From positions 1 through 60,255 of the forward strand of contig DVKL01000079.1 of the NCBI GenBank assembly GCA_018716045.1: 60,255 nucleotides of DNA. Reading direction: 5' to 3'. Position numbers and translations under genes: made by a program. Positions 48,698-60,082 of this stretch are shown piece after piece. Every line of letters begins with the position of its first letter. Position 1 is the stretch's first letter. Source of the DNA: Candidatus Faecimonas intestinavium. GTDB taxonomy: Bacteria; Bacillota_I; Bacilli_A; RF39; UBA660. Under the pieces are notes generated by a model that did not search any database, was not told the origin of the DNA, and was given only the letters and a program-made list of their open reading frames with translations.

Positions 48698-50923
48698 TTA
48701 TTTATAAACTGTATTTAAATCTATTTGTTCTAATAATTTATCAATTTTTCTAGCACCATATTCCTGATACTGACAGTTTTTCTTAATTTCCTTTAATATA
48801 GATTTAGTCTGCTCTAAACTAATATCTGAAAACTTATTACGAATCTTTTGCAAGATAACTTTATCAATAACATCAGAAGAAAAAGGATAAAAGTATAGGA
48901 TAGCATCGATTCTATTGATAAGCTCAAGCCCAAAAAAATCTTTAAGATCTTTTTTTATAAAACTTTTATCACTTTCTAAGAAGCCAAGGGATTCTTTAGA
49001 ACTACCTAAATTAGAAGTCATAAAAATAACAACATTAGAAAAATCTACTGTATCTCCATAAGCTGTAGTCATAACTCCATCATCTAACACTTGTAAAAAC
49101 AACTTCAAAACACTAGGATGAGACTTCTCTACTTCATCCAATAACAAAACAGAATAAGAATGCATTTTAATTTTTTCTAAAACAGTATTCTTATCTTGAT
49201 ATCCAACATAGCCAGGAGGAGAGCCTAATATTTTAGAAACAGAATTAGAATCTCTATACTCGCTCATATCTAATTTTATAAAAGCATCTTTAGGATAAAG
49301 TAAGTTTGCAAATTTTCGTACTAATAAAGTTTTTCCCAACCCACTTTTCCCAACAAGAAGAAAACTTTTAGGAGTTTTTCTGTCATGAGACCTAGAAAAA
49401 ATCGTCTTTGACAAAATAGAAACAGCTTCATCTTGACCTAATACAACTCTTTCTAACTCTCTTTTCAAACTTTCTGAATTTAAATTAAGTATCTTCTTAA
49501 TTGGAATTTTAGTCTTAGAATAAATAACATCATAAATAACATCAATAGATAAAGTAGGCTTTAATGATGTCTGAGATTTAACTAACAAACGATTAATTTT
49601 AGACTGTAAAAAATGCTCTTTCTCACGTAACAAAGTTGCTTCTTTAAAATTATGTTCCACGATATACTTATTTTTAGACTCTATAATTTCGCTAAGTTCC
49701 AACTGCAACTGTTGAACTTTTTTATTTGTTAAAGTATTCATACTAACCAATTTAGAACAAGACTCATCTAATAAGTCTATCGCTTTATCCGGTTGCTTGC
49801 CATTAGATATATATCTTTCAGATAACTCTGCAACAGAAAACAAAATATCATCAGTTAATATAATTCCATAGAAATTTTCATAAATCTCTTTTAGATGTAA
49901 AAGAATAGATTTAACATTTTCCAAATTAGGTTCTTCTATAATAATCTTTTGAAATCTTCGATCAAAAGCCTTATCACCTTCTAAAAATTTCATATATTCA
50001 AGTTTTGTTGTCGCTCCAATAACTTTAATCTTTCCTCTAGCTAAATAAGGTTTTAAGATATTAGACGCATCAATAGCCCCTTCAGCCCCACCAGCACCAA
50101 TGATAGTGTGAATTTCATCAATAAATAAAATAATATTAGGAGCCTGTTCTAATTCTTCAATCATTTTATTAATTCTCTCCTCAAATTCTCCCCTATATTT
50201 AGTACCAGCAACTAAGGATGAAATTGCAACACTTAAAATTCTCATGTTTTTAAGTTCATTAGGAACAAGTCCCAAAACAATTCTTCTAGCTAATTCTTCT
50301 ACCAAAGCAGTCTTTCCAACACCAGCATCACCAATAAGCAAAGGATTACATTTCTTTCTCCGTAACAATATCTCTATCATATGACAAATTTCTTCATCTC
50401 TACCAATAACAGGATCAAAATTACCGTTTCTAGCTTCTTCTGTAAAATCAACAGCAAAATCCTCTATTGCCAATTTAGTAGATATAGATTTTCCTTCACG
50501 AATCAATTGATTAGAAAACTGTTCATATAAGCTATCCAAATCTATATCCATACTCATCATTATTCTATTAGCAACGCCTTCTCCTTCTTCTAACAAAGAT
50601 AAAAACAATTGTTCCACACTAACATCCGTATTTTCATCTTTACTATCCAAAATTGCATTCTCAATAATTTTTTTTAAAAGAGGTGTATATAAAAACCATT
50701 TTGTTTGTTTACTCCCCATTCCTATAACATCTATCAATTTATTTTTAAAAGAAGAATATGTAAGGTTATATTGTTCTAAAAAAGATAAAAAGTTTTTATT
50801 AGCATAATGTAAAATAGATAGCAATAAATGTTCACTGCTAACATATGGATGTTTTAATTCTTGCATCTCTCTTTTTGACATAATCAATATTTTTTGAGCA
50901 TCTTCTGTAAATTTTGAAAACAT
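48698..50923 (-). CDS. clpC: ClpC-like AAA+ ATPase (two nucleotide-binding domains)
   Basis: Clp_N repeat (FTEDAQKIL...). D1 Walker A is GDAGVGKTA and Walker B is ILFIDEIH. D2 Walker A is GKSGLGKTL and Walker B is LLLDEVEK. ATG 50923 follows AGGAGATG. No ctsR, mcsA or mcsB lies upstream. Confidence 0.85.
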   Translation of the reverse strand: MFSKFTEDAQKILIMSKREMQELKHPYVSSEHLLLSILHYANKNFLSFLEQYNLTYSSFKNKLIDVIGMGSKQTKWFLYTPLLKKIIENAILDSKDENTDVSVEQLFLSLLEEGEGVANRIMMSMDIDLDSLYEQFSNQLIREGKSISTKLAIEDFAVDFTEEARNGNFDPVIGRDEEICHMIEILLRRKKCNPLLIGDAGVGKTALVEELARRIVLGLVPNELKNMRILSVAISSLVAGTKYRGEFEERINKMIEELEQAPNIILFIDEIHTIIGAGGAEGAIDASNILKPYLARGKIKVIGATTKLEYMKFLEGDKAFDRRFQKIIIEEPNLENVKSILLHLKEIYENFYGIILTDDILFSVAELSERYISNGKQPDKAIDLLDESCSKLVSMNTLTNKKVQQLQLELSEIIESKNKYIVEHNFKEATLLREKEHFLQSKINRLLVKSQTSLKPTLSIDVIYDVIYSKTKIPIKKILNLNSESLKRELERVVLGQDEAVSILSKTIFSRSHDRKTPKSFLLVGKSGLGKTLLVRKFANLLYPKDAFIKLDMSEYRDSNSVSKILGSPPGYVGYQDKNTVLEKIKMHSYSVLLLDEVEKSHPSVLKLFLQVLDDGVMTTAYGDTVDFSNVVIFMTSNLGSSKESLGFLESDKSFIKKDLKDFFGLELINRIDAILYFYPFSSDVIDKVILQKIRNKFSDISLEQTKSILKEIKKNCQYQEYGARKIDKLLEQIDLNTVYK

Positions 50924-50993
50924 ATAATCATCTCCTATATCTATTTTAGAAATAAGAAAGATTAGATTCAAGAAATAGAGTACCCAAAAAAAA

Positions 50994-51020
50994 GACAAAA
51001 AAAGAGCCTTACGGCTCTTT
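50994..51020 (-). terminator. Intrinsic terminator after the yfcC-like gene
   Basis: Minus-strand RNA forms AAGAGCC-GUAA-GGCUCUU followed by UUUUUGUCUUUUUUUU. Confidence 0.8.
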
Positions 51021-51023
51021 CTG

Positions 51024-52538
51024 TTAGATTAAAATTAAAATTGTAAATACGATTAATAATACAACTAATAATTCTAATACTAATTTCCAAATTGCTTTAA
51101 ACCATTTAGAATATGGAACTTTCAAGTAAGATAACATACCCATTAAAACTAAACTAGTTGGAGCAACTAACATAGTCAATCCATAAGCTGCTTGATATAC
51201 AACTGCTATTATTGGATAATTATCAGCATTTGTCACAATACTAGCTAAATATGGTAAAGAGCTTTGGAATGCATAAGCTGCATCTCCATTAAATAATGCA
51301 GATAAAATTGCTACAATAAATGTAGTAAATACATTAAATCCATCAGTGATTCCTAAAATTGCTTTATAAATAACTAATTGGAATGGATGATAAGTAGTAA
51401 TTACTAAAATAGTATAAATCATAATAGCGATTACTGCAGGTCCTAACGCACGTTTAGCACCATTAACAAAACCATCTACTAATTCATCAAATTTAACTTT
51501 ATAAATTAAAGCTAAGATAAACATGAATACCATTAATACAACTACTAAATCAATTAAAGTCCAAGATCCAAAAGCATTGATAGTACCTAACAATTTACCA
51601 AATAAAGCAAATCCAAACACTTCAAATCCAGTAACTGCTGTAGTAGCTTCATCCATAGCAGTAAGACCAAAGGCTCCAGACCATGAAATAAATGCTAGTA
51701 CTAAGATAATAAAGACTACAGATAAAATAACAGCTAATGGCCAAACAATATGTTTTTTACCAGCAACTGTAGCAGGGATATAAGAATCTTCCTCTGCTTG
51801 ATCTTCTGTAACTACAACTACTTCTTCTTCTTTTACAGCTGCTTTTGTATTTTTAGAAGATTTAGTTTTCGAAGTTTTCTTTTCTTCTTTAGCAGTAACT
51901 TTTTTTACATTAGCTTTTTTATCACTCTTCTTTGACTTTTTGATATATAAAATAGTATTTACAATTAATAATACCAAACCTAAAAATAATAGAATACATT
52001 TAGGTAACATACCATCAGTAAATTCATTACCTAAAATACTAGGAATAATACCAGTATTATTATATCCGAAAGTAGTACCTAACATACCAATCATAGTAGA
52101 ACCAACAATAGTAAGTGCAGCTACGATTTTATCAAATCCCATAAGTAATATCAAAGATACTAACATTGGATAGAAAATAATTAAGCCAAGTTGTAACCCA
52201 CAAATAGATGTAAGAAGAGCAATAAGTACCATCATAATAGATAGAACAACTACTTCTTTACCCTTAAATGCAACTTTTAATTTATCTAACATTGTACGGT
52301 ATGCACCAATCTTGTTTAGCACACCATAGAAACCACCAACAACTAATATAAAGGCTGCAATATAACCAAAATATGAAATTGCTGTAACAGGATAATTAAA
52401 TAAATCAAATAGTCCCATTTGAATGCGTCCTTGATCAACGTAACTACCTGAATAATAAGCAGCTGGTAATATCCAAGTAAGTAACATGAACACTAATAGT
52501 GTAATAAGAACGACTTTAAATGTATTATGTTTCTTCAT
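51024..52538 (-). CDS. YfcC/DcuC-type polytopic permease with a Lys/Glu-rich loop insertion
   Basis: About 12 hydrophobic helices, with an N-terminus typical of the YfcC family (KVVLITLLVFMLLTWILPAAYY). ATG 52538 follows GGGAGG. A promoter TTGTAA-17-TATAAT lies at 52585-52557. Confidence 0.6.
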   Translation of the reverse strand: MKKHNTFKVVLITLLVFMLLTWILPAAYYSGSYVDQGRIQMGLFDLFNYPVTAISYFGYIAAFILVVGGFYGVLNKIGAYRTMLDKLKVAFKGKEVVVLSIMMVLIALLTSICGLQLGLIIFYPMLVSLILLMGFDKIVAALTIVGSTMIGMLGTTFGYNNTGIIPSILGNEFTDGMLPKCILLFLGLVLLIVNTILYIKKSKKSDKKANVKKVTAKEEKKTSKTKSSKNTKAAVKEEEVVVVTEDQAEEDSYIPATVAGKKHIVWPLAVILSVVFIILVLAFISWSGAFGLTAMDEATTAVTGFEVFGFALFGKLLGTINAFGSWTLIDLVVVLMVFMFILALIYKVKFDELVDGFVNGAKRALGPAVIAIMIYTILVITTYHPFQLVIYKAILGITDGFNVFTTFIVAILSALFNGDAAYAFQSSLPYLASIVTNADNYPIIAVVYQAAYGLTMLVAPTSLVLMGMLSYLKVPYSKWFKAIWKLVLELLVVLLIVFTILILI

Positions 52539-52627
52539 AATTAACCTCCCATTATCATTATACTGACATAGGAAATTTTTTACAAGCATTTGACTATTTT
52601 TTTTATGAAAATTTAGTGAAAAACAAA

Positions 52628-52652
52628 GAAAAAAGACTCTAATCTAAGTCTT
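52628..52652 (-). terminator. Intrinsic terminator after lysS
   Basis: Minus-strand RNA forms AAGACU-UAGAUUAG-AGUCUU followed by UUUUC. The stop codon lies in the loop. Confidence 0.45.
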
Positions 52653-54120
52653 CTTCTTGTTCATTAATTGGTCTCATTAAAGGGAACAAAATAACATCTT
52701 TAATATTTTGAGAATTAGTTAAAAGTTGAACTACACGATCGATTCCCATTCCCCATCCACTAATCGGTGGCATACCACATTCCATAGCAGAAATATAATC
52801 ATGATCCATCGGCATAGCCTCTTCATCACCTTGAGCTTTTAATTTTGCTTGTTCTTCTAAACGACGAGCCTGCTCCTGTGGATCAACAAGTTCTGAATAA
52901 GCATTAATAATCTCTGCACCGTTAATAACTAATTGAAAACGATCAGTAATAGTAGGATCCTCATCATTAGCACGAGCAAGAGGACTCAAACTAATTGGGT
53001 GTTCAGTTAAGAAAATAGGATTTACAATATGTACTCTTGCAACTTTCTTATATAATTGATCCACTAAATTACCGTAACCTAAATTTTCAAGTGGTGTTTC
53101 ACTATCAATTTCGATTTTATCTTCTTTAATTTTTTCTAATAATTTTTCCTTAGTATCATAAAGTTTAATATCTATATCACTATAACGTAAAATTAAATCT
53201 CTAAAACTAACTGCTTCCCATTCTCCACTTAAATCTACTTCTTTGTCACCAACTGTAATAGTTAAAGTACCAAATAATTTCATAATAATAGATTGAAGCA
53301 TCTCACGTAAAAACTTCATATTGTCTTTATAATTATAGAAAGCAGCATATCCTTCAATCATAGTAAAATCTTGCAAATGAGTAGCATCTATTCCTTCATT
53401 TCTAAAACATCTAGCGATTTCAAATACTTTAGTAAATCCACCTACAACAGCACGTTTTAAATATGTCTCGGGTGCAATTCTTAAATATAAATCAATATCT
53501 AAAGCATTGTGATGTGTAATAAAAGGTTTAGCGGCAGCCCCACTAGCTTTGTTATTTAAGATTGGAGTTTCAATTTCAATATATCCTGCTTCATCTAAAT
53601 AATTTCTAATTTCACGAATAAAGCGACTTCTAAATAAAAACTTCTTCTTTGATTCATCATTCATAATTAAATCTAAATATCTCTCACGATAAATAGTTTC
53701 AACATCTTCAACACCATGGAATTTTTCTGGTAATGGTTTTAATGCTTTTCCTAAAAATGTAATACTACTAGCACGAACTGTTTTTTCTCCAGTGTGAGTA
53801 GTAAAAGTCTCACCTTCTACACCTATAAAATCTCCAATATCATAATTTGCTTTAAACTCTTGGTATGCCTGTTCTCCAATCATGTCTAATTTAACAGAAA
53901 TTTGAATTTTCCCTTTAATATCTCCAATAGTTAAAAAGCTCATCTTACCCATTTTTCTCATTAAAATAATACGACCAGCCACTCTAACACCAGTAACGCC
54001 ATCTTCCAAATTACTGGCATCAGAAAGTTCATAATTAACTTCAAATCTTTCTGGATAAGGATGTTCAATATTTTTAAGCTTTTCTCTTCTTACTACCTCT
54101 TGTTCACTTAATTCTCGCAT
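52639..54120 (-). CDS. lysS: Lysyl-tRNA synthetase, class II
   Basis: OB anticodon-binding domain and class II motifs (FRNEGIDATHLQDFT, GWGMGIDRVV). Confidence 0.95.
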   Translation of the reverse strand: MRELSEQEVVRREKLKNIEHPYPERFEVNYELSDASNLEDGVTGVRVAGRIILMRKMGKMSFLTIGDIKGKIQISVKLDMIGEQAYQEFKANYDIGDFIGVEGETFTTHTGEKTVRASSITFLGKALKPLPEKFHGVEDVETIYRERYLDLIMNDESKKKFLFRSRFIREIRNYLDEAGYIEIETPILNNKASGAAAKPFITHHNALDIDLYLRIAPETYLKRAVVGGFTKVFEIARCFRNEGIDATHLQDFTMIEGYAAFYNYKDNMKFLREMLQSIIMKLFGTLTITVGDKEVDLSGEWEAVSFRDLILRYSDIDIKLYDTKEKLLEKIKEDKIEIDSETPLENLGYGNLVDQLYKKVARVHIVNPIFLTEHPISLSPLARANDEDPTITDRFQLVINGAEIINAYSELVDPQEQARRLEEQAKLKAQGDEEAMPMDHDYISAMECGMPPISGWGMGIDRVVQLLTNSQNIKDVILFPLMRPINEQEEDLD

Positions 54121-54839
54121 GTTTCCATCTCCTTTACTAAGTCACATTTAACTACATCAGTATGAGCAATTAAATCATGAATACCTTGTCTTTTCTCACT
54201 AAACATAACCATAAATCCACTAGCTGCAATAATTGTAAATTGAATCATACTCAAAATACCAACACCATAAAAATAAGCCATTTGATTAGTAAATAATAAA
54301 ACACAGAAATTTACCATATCAATTAAAATGGAATTGATAATTAAAGATCTAAAAATCATCTGATTCATAGTAAGTTGATTTCCATCATTACTGCTAACTT
54401 TTATTTTTAGTAACTTTTTACCAATAGTTTGACCATCATTTTTAATTTGAAAAACCACAAAATATAAAATATTCAAAAATATAGTGATTAAAGAAAGGAT
54501 ACCTTGTTTTCTTGCCATTTCATAACTAACACTAATACTTTCATTAGTGTATTCTTCAATACTGATTTCTTGTTTCATATAATCTTCTACTATCTGTGTA
54601 CTAGATTCACTCAATTTATCAATAGAATTCATATCTAAAAAAGGATATGCAATCATAGACGCAACCATAGATACAATAAAAACGTCTAATATAAATGCAG
54701 CAAATCTTTGAATAAACAAAGCTTTTTCAGGTTGCTTTTCTTTTACCACTTTCTCAATAGTTGTTCTTTTCTTTGACTTGGTATTTTTATTTTCTTCTTC
54801 AACGATTGATGCTTCTTCTACTTTTTTACTTTTTGCCAT
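54108..54839 (-). CDS. RDD family membrane protein
   Basis: The first TM helix follows [12 protein letters not shown], there is a late GKKLLKIKV segment, and there are 3-4 TM helices. It overlaps both dusB (14 nt) and lysS (13 nt). Confidence 0.6.
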   Translation of the reverse strand: MAKSKKVEEASIVEEENKNTKSKKRTTIEKVVKEKQPEKALFIQRFAAFILDVFIVSMVASMIAYPFLDMNSIDKLSESSTQIVEDYMKQEISIEEYTNESISVSYEMARKQGILSLITIFLNILYFVVFQIKNDGQTIGKKLLKIKVSSNDGNQLTMNQMIFRSLIINSILIDMVNFCVLLFTNQMAYFYGVGILSMIQFTIIAASGFMVMFSEKRQGIHDLIAHTDVVKCDLVKEMETCEN

Positions 54840-55812
54840 CTAATTCCTCCTTAAATACATTTAATATAGAAATTATATCACGAATTTTAGTTGTTTGATA
54901 GATTTTATTTTTAACTATCGTACCACCAGGAACCCCTTTTAAATACCATCCAATATGGTTTCTAATTTCCAAAGTAGCAATATGCTCACTTTTAAGATGA
55001 GTCAAATAATCTAAATGATGCAAAATCATAGCTATTTTATCATCTATAGAAATATCAGAATCATAAAAATTAGTTTCTAAATAAGAAATAGTATTTTTAA
55101 TAAGCCAAGGATTTCCTAAAACCCCCCGACCAATCATCACAGCATCACATCCAGTTTCATCTAACATCCTTTTAGCATCCTCTGGTGTTTTTATATCTCC
55201 ATTTCCAATAACTGGAATAGAAACTACCGCTTTAACAGCTTTTATAATAGACCAATCGGCTTTACCACTATACCCTTGACTCCGAGTACGAGGATGAACA
55301 CAAATTGCAGAAGCCCCTGCAGATTCTATAACTTTAGCAACTTGAATAGCATTAATATGATTTTGATCCCATCCACTACGAATTTTAACGGTAACCGGAA
55401 TAGGTACTGATTTAACAACAGCCGCAACAATCTCATAAATCTTATCTGGGTCTTTCAAAAGAGCACTACCAGCCTGAGCCCTAACTGCCACCTTAGGAAC
55501 GGGACACCCCATATTAATATCAATAATATCAGGTCGCATTGTCTCATAAATATATTTAGCAGCTTCCACAAAGGATTCCTTATCACTACCAAAAATCTGT
55601 TGTACTAAAGGACGTTCCTCGTCTGTCATATATAACATATCTAAAGTTTTTTGATTTTGAAAAGTAATGGCCTTATCACTAACCATTTCCGCATAAATAA
55701 GACCACAGCCCATCTCTTTACAAATACGACGAAAAGCAGAATTACAAATTCCTGCCATAGGAGCAAGAACAACTTGATTTTTAATAGTAATATTACCAAT
55801 TTTCCATTCCAT
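54826..55812 (-). CDS. dusB: tRNA-dihydrouridine synthase
   Basis: Motifs [22 protein letters not shown] and VHPRT. ATG 55812 follows AAGGAG. Confidence 0.9.
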   Translation of the reverse strand: MEWKIGNITIKNQVVLAPMAGICNSAFRRICKEMGCGLIYAEMVSDKAITFQNQKTLDMLYMTDEERPLVQQIFGSDKESFVEAAKYIYETMRPDIIDINMGCPVPKVAVRAQAGSALLKDPDKIYEIVAAVVKSVPIPVTVKIRSGWDQNHINAIQVAKVIESAGASAICVHPRTRSQGYSGKADWSIIKAVKAVVSIPVIGNGDIKTPEDAKRMLDETGCDAVMIGRGVLGNPWLIKNTISYLETNFYDSDISIDDKIAMILHHLDYLTHLKSEHIATLEIRNHIGWYLKGVPGGTIVKNKIYQTTKIRDIISILNVFKEELDGKK

Positions 55813-55868
55813 ATTTCCAACTCCTTTTTGCAAGGCTTAATATACCATAAGAAAGAAAAAAAAGAAAG

Positions 55869-56303
55869 CTATTTACTCTCTTTTACTTTATTTTTTAATA
55901 AATCTCTAATTTCTTCTAATAATACTACTTCATCAGCCTTCTTTATTTCTTCTTTCTTTTCTTCCTTCTTCTTAAACTTATTCAATATCTTAATCATCAC
56001 AAAAATAGAAAGTGAAATAATCAGAAAATCAACAATAGACTGAAGAAAAGCACCATATCGAACACTAGCACTACCTACTTGAATAGACAAATCACTAAAG
56101 TTAAGACCTCCTAAAACAACACCTATCACAGGCATTAAAATATCTTGAACCAAGCTGGTAACAATTTTACCAAAAGCTCCTCCAATAATAACACCAACAG
56201 CCATATCTACTACATTTCCTCTGGAAATAAATTTTTTGAATTCACCAGCCTCTTTTTTTATTTTCTTAATTTCTTTAGTTTCATTTATTTCAATTTTCTT
56301 CAT
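55869..56303 (-). CDS. mscL: Large-conductance mechanosensitive channel
   Basis: [31 protein letters not shown] is present. ATG 56303 follows AAGGAG. Lys/Glu-rich tail. Confidence 0.9.
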   Translation of the reverse strand: MKKIEINETKEIKKIKKEAGEFKKFISRGNVVDMAVGVIIGGAFGKIVTSLVQDILMPVIGVVLGGLNFSDLSIQVGSASVRYGAFLQSIVDFLIISLSIFVMIKILNKFKKKEEKKEEIKKADEVVLLEEIRDLLKNKVKESK

Positions 56304-56349
56304 TTTACTACACTCCTTATAAAAATTATAACATAAAAAAAGAAGCAAA

Positions 56350-58332
56350 TTATTTATTTGCTTCATCTAATTCTTTTAATAATTCTGCTTTACTCATTTT
56401 TGAATAGCCCTTAACACCTTTTTCTTTAGCAATCTCTTTTAACTTAGTAACAGACATCTTTTCATAGCTAGTTTCTTCTTCCTCATCAGGCATACGACCA
56501 TTCTTTACTAAATAATCAATTTGTTCTTTTGTTAAAGTCTCATATTCTAATAAAGTATTAGCAATTAATTCTAACAAATCTTTATGTTTGTTAATAATTT
56601 CTTTTGCTTTTTTATGGCAATCGTTAATGATTTTTCTCATTTCCATATCAATCTCATTTGCTACTTCATTAGAAAAATGTTGTGCTTTATTATAATCTCT
56701 TCCTAAGAATACACTACCTTCTTGTTGTTCAAATTGAAGTGGTCCCAAATCACTCATACCATATTCTGTAACCATAGCACGAGCAATCTTTGTTGCTTTC
56801 TCAAAGTCATTATGAGCTCCAGTAGTAATTTCTCCGAAAATAATTTCTTCAGCGGAACGACCACCTAAAAGTCCAGTAATTTCCTCAAGCAAATCCGTTT
56901 TCGTAGAACATAACTTTTCCTCGCTTGGAACCATCATATTATATCCACCAGCAGAGCCTCTTGGAATAATAGTAACTTTTTGAACATCATTTGCATGAGC
57001 AAGCTTTAATCCTATAACAGCATGTCCTGCTTCATGGTAAGCGACAAGCTTACGATCATTTTCACTATACTTATGTGATGTTTTAGCAGGCCCCATAAGG
57101 ACACGATCAGTAGCTTCATCAATTTCACTCATAGTAATTTTATCTTTATTACGACGAACTGCTAAAAGTGCAGCTTCATTAAGTAAATTTTCAAGATCAG
57201 CGCCACTAAAACCAGGAGTACGTTTAGCTAAATTACTTAATGTAATACCATCAGCTAAAATCTTATTTTTAGCATGAACAGCTAAAATTTCTTCACGACC
57301 TTTTACATCAGGCAAATTAACTGTAACTTGTCTATCAAAACGTCCAGGACGAAGTAATGCTGGATCCAATACATCAGGACGGTTAGTAGCTGCTATAATA
57401 ATAATTCCCTCATTTGCACCAAATCCATCCATTTCAGTAAGTAATTGGTTAAGTGTTTGTTCACGTTCATCGTGTCCTCCACCTAAACCAGTACCACGTT
57501 GACGACCTACAGCATCAATCTCATCAATAAATATTAAACATGGAGCATTTCTTTTTGCTTGCTGGAACATATCACGAACACGACTAGCTCCTACACCAAC
57601 AAACAATTCTACAAAGTCAGAACCACTAATAAAGTAAAATGGAACATTAGCTTCTCCTGCAACAGCCTTTGCAAGCAATGTTTTACCAGTTCCTGGAGGA
57701 CCAAATAATAATACTCCTTTAGGAATTCTTGCTCCAAGTTTTTGGAACTTCTTAGGATTTTTTAAGAAATCAATTAACTCTTTTACCTCTTCTTTTTCTT
57801 CTTTTAACCCAGCAACATCTTTAAATGTCACTTTATTAGCATCACTATTTAATCTAGCCTTACTCTTTCCAAAATCCATAGAACTTTTATTACCAGCCAT
57901 CTGGCGACTAAAGAAGAAGAAAGCAAAACCAATTAATAACACAAAAGGCAAAACATTGATTACTAATAGCCAGAAAGAAGAAGAATCAGGATCAGCTTCT
58001 GCCTCTAATTTGAAATTTCTCTCTTCACTAGCATTTACAATTTTTTTCATAACTTCGTCACTAAGTGGTAAACGAGCAAAGAAAGTTTCATTACTGTCAT
58101 AGTCTTTTAAACTACCTCGTACTTCATAAGTATAAGCACTACCACGAGCAGTAATTTGTACTTCTTCAATGTTTCCTTTATTTAATTCCGACATGAACTC
58201 ATTATACGTTAATACATTCACATCATTGTTCATTACATTAACAACGTAAAAAACACCAAGCATAATTAATGCTAAAAATAAATAAGGTAACAATCCTTTT
58301 TTAATTGTTTTTTTATCTATTGTTTTATTCAC
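56350..58332 (-). CDS. ftsH: ATP-dependent zinc metalloprotease FtsH
   Basis: Two N-terminal TM helices, [17 protein letters not shown], and the zinc site HEAGHAV. Confidence 0.96.
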   Translation of the reverse strand: MNKTIDKKTIKKGLLPYLFLALIMLGVFYVVNVMNNDVNVLTYNEFMSELNKGNIEEVQITARGSAYTYEVRGSLKDYDSNETFFARLPLSDEVMKKIVNASEERNFKLEAEADPDSSSFWLLVINVLPFVLLIGFAFFFFSRQMAGNKSSMDFGKSKARLNSDANKVTFKDVAGLKEEKEEVKELIDFLKNPKKFQKLGARIPKGVLLFGPPGTGKTLLAKAVAGEANVPFYFISGSDFVELFVGVGASRVRDMFQQAKRNAPCLIFIDEIDAVGRQRGTGLGGGHDEREQTLNQLLTEMDGFGANEGIIIIAATNRPDVLDPALLRPGRFDRQVTVNLPDVKGREEILAVHAKNKILADGITLSNLAKRTPGFSGADLENLLNEAALLAVRRNKDKITMSEIDEATDRVLMGPAKTSHKYSENDRKLVAYHEAGHAVIGLKLAHANDVQKVTIIPRGSAGGYNMMVPSEEKLCSTKTDLLEEITGLLGGRSAEEIIFGEITTGAHNDFEKATKIARAMVTEYGMSDLGPLQFEQQEGSVFLGRDYNKAQHFSNEVANEIDMEMRKIINDCHKKAKEIINKHKDLLELIANTLLEYETLTKEQIDYLVKNGRMPDEEEETSYEKMSVTKLKEIAKEKGVKGYSKMSKAELLKELDEANK

Positions 58333-58344
58333 GACATTTCCTCC

Positions 58345-59655
58345 TTAACTATATCTCAGTATTATATCATATTTTTCTGTTTTTTTCTTATCATATTTAG
58401 ACTTTTTTAAACCTGGAAGCCAAACAACAACACCTTTAGCATCAACAACAACTGGCCAAGTATCTCGGTCACTTAATTTAACCTTCTTATCAATAAAAAT
58501 ATCTTTAATTTTCTTGGTACCATTTCCTTTTATAGACATACGATCACCAAATCTACGTGTTCTAACTGTAAGTGGCAAACTAATTTCTGAACTAAGTAAA
58601 CGGCAAGTATCATTTCCATTACCAAGAACATCATCAACCTGTTCAATCACATGATGGTTAGGAAGAAGAACATATTTAGATAGTTCAACTTCATAAGTTG
58701 TAATTTCGGTTGTAATCTTCTTTAACTCTAATTCTTGATAGGTTTTTATCGCAATGACTTCGTTAGGCAAATTAACAAAGGCATTCGCTCTATTACTATA
58801 TATTAAATTTAATAAAAGTTCAATATGTTTATCATTAATTAATATTAAATCATCCTGATAAAAATCATTCATCATATAATATAAAACTTCCTTTTGAATA
58901 AAAGCATCCAATTCTTTAAATAGGTCTATCTTTAAAAAATTATGATGAATAACTTTTTTTAATGCTTTATCTCTTTCATGTTCAATAAACTGATTAGCTT
59001 CATTTAAAACAGTACTAAATTTTAAATATTTCAAATGAATATTAGGATCTTCTTCTTTTAAAAAAGGCAAAACATATTTACGATAACGATTTCTAGTATA
59101 TTTATCTTTGGCATTAGAATCATCAACATAATACATAACATGATTACACTTATCGTAGTCCTCTAGTTCTTGTTTCGTATATCCAAGCAATGGACGAACA
59201 ATTTTATAATCACCTTTCGCTACTACTTTCTTAAATCCACTATACCCGTTTAAATTAGAGCCACGAGTAATACGCATCAAAACAGTTTCTACTAAATCAT
59301 CACCATGATGAGCAGTCATTAAATAATTAGCATGATATTTATATACCACTTTTTCAAAAAAGTCATAACGAATATTTCTAGCTTCATTATGAAAATTATC
59401 ATCACCATATTCTGTAATCATCATACATTCAAACATAATCTGATTCTTTTCACAATAATTTCTTAAATATTCTTCCTCCTGCACACTTTGTGCACGCAAA
59501 TTATGATTAACATGAGCTACGATTAAACTTAATGAGTATTTCTCTCGAATTTTTAATAACATATCTACTAAAGCCATAGAATCAGGTCCTGCAGAGCAAC
59601 CTATAACAATAATATCTTGTTTATGAAAAGTAAAATTATCTTCTATTGACAACAT
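58345..59655 (-). CDS. tilS: tRNA(Ile)-lysidine synthase
   Basis: PP-loop IVIGCSAGPDSMAL, followed by VAHVNHNLR, and a C-terminal TilS domain. Confidence 0.9.
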   Translation of the reverse strand: MLSIEDNFTFHKQDIIVIGCSAGPDSMALVDMLLKIREKYSLSLIVAHVNHNLRAQSVQEEEYLRNYCEKNQIMFECMMITEYGDDNFHNEARNIRYDFFEKVVYKYHANYLMTAHHGDDLVETVLMRITRGSNLNGYSGFKKVVAKGDYKIVRPLLGYTKQELEDYDKCNHVMYYVDDSNAKDKYTRNRYRKYVLPFLKEEDPNIHLKYLKFSTVLNEANQFIEHERDKALKKVIHHNFLKIDLFKELDAFIQKEVLYYMMNDFYQDDLILINDKHIELLLNLIYSNRANAFVNLPNEVIAIKTYQELELKKITTEITTYEVELSKYVLLPNHHVIEQVDDVLGNGNDTCRLLSSEISLPLTVRTRRFGDRMSIKGNGTKKIKDIFIDKKVKLSDRDTWPVVVDAKGVVVWLPGLKKSKYDKKKTEKYDIILRYS

Positions 59656-59697
59656 AACATACCTCCTATAGTAACCTCAGAAAAAAAGAAAACCCCT

Positions 59698-59997
59698 TTA
59701 CTCTTCAGGAATTTTCAAAATAAACTCTCCATCTTTAGAATAAAGATATTTTTCTCTAGCATATCTAGCTATATAATCCGGATCTTGCAACTTATTTGCA
59801 TCTACCTTCAATTTTTTTTCCTTATTTTTTAAAGAAATTAATTCTTCTTCCAAATCTTTTTTTTCTTGGTATTTATCATAAATTTCTAACCAGTACTTAC
59901 CAATAGTAAAAGTAGTAAATCCTATGACAATAACAGAAGACAGACCTAAAAAGAGCATTCTTCTACGCCTTTTAGTCTTTGCTTTCGACTTTGCCAT
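59698..59997 (-). CDS. Septum formation initiator family protein (DivIC/FtsB-like)
   Basis: Basic N-terminus, one TM helix, a coiled coil (EEELISLKNKEKKLKVDANKL), and DPDYIARYAREKY. ATG 59997 follows AGGTGA. Confidence 0.75.
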   Translation of the reverse strand: MAKSKAKTKRRRRMLFLGLSSVIVIGFTTFTIGKYWLEIYDKYQEKKDLEEELISLKNKEKKLKVDANKLQDPDYIARYAREKYLYSKDGEFILKIPEE

Positions 59998-60082
59998 AAT
60001 GATCACCTACTCTTTCACCATAAATTATAGACCAGTTTAAAGTATAGAGCAAGAATACCAAAAAAAAAAGAGAAATTTGACA

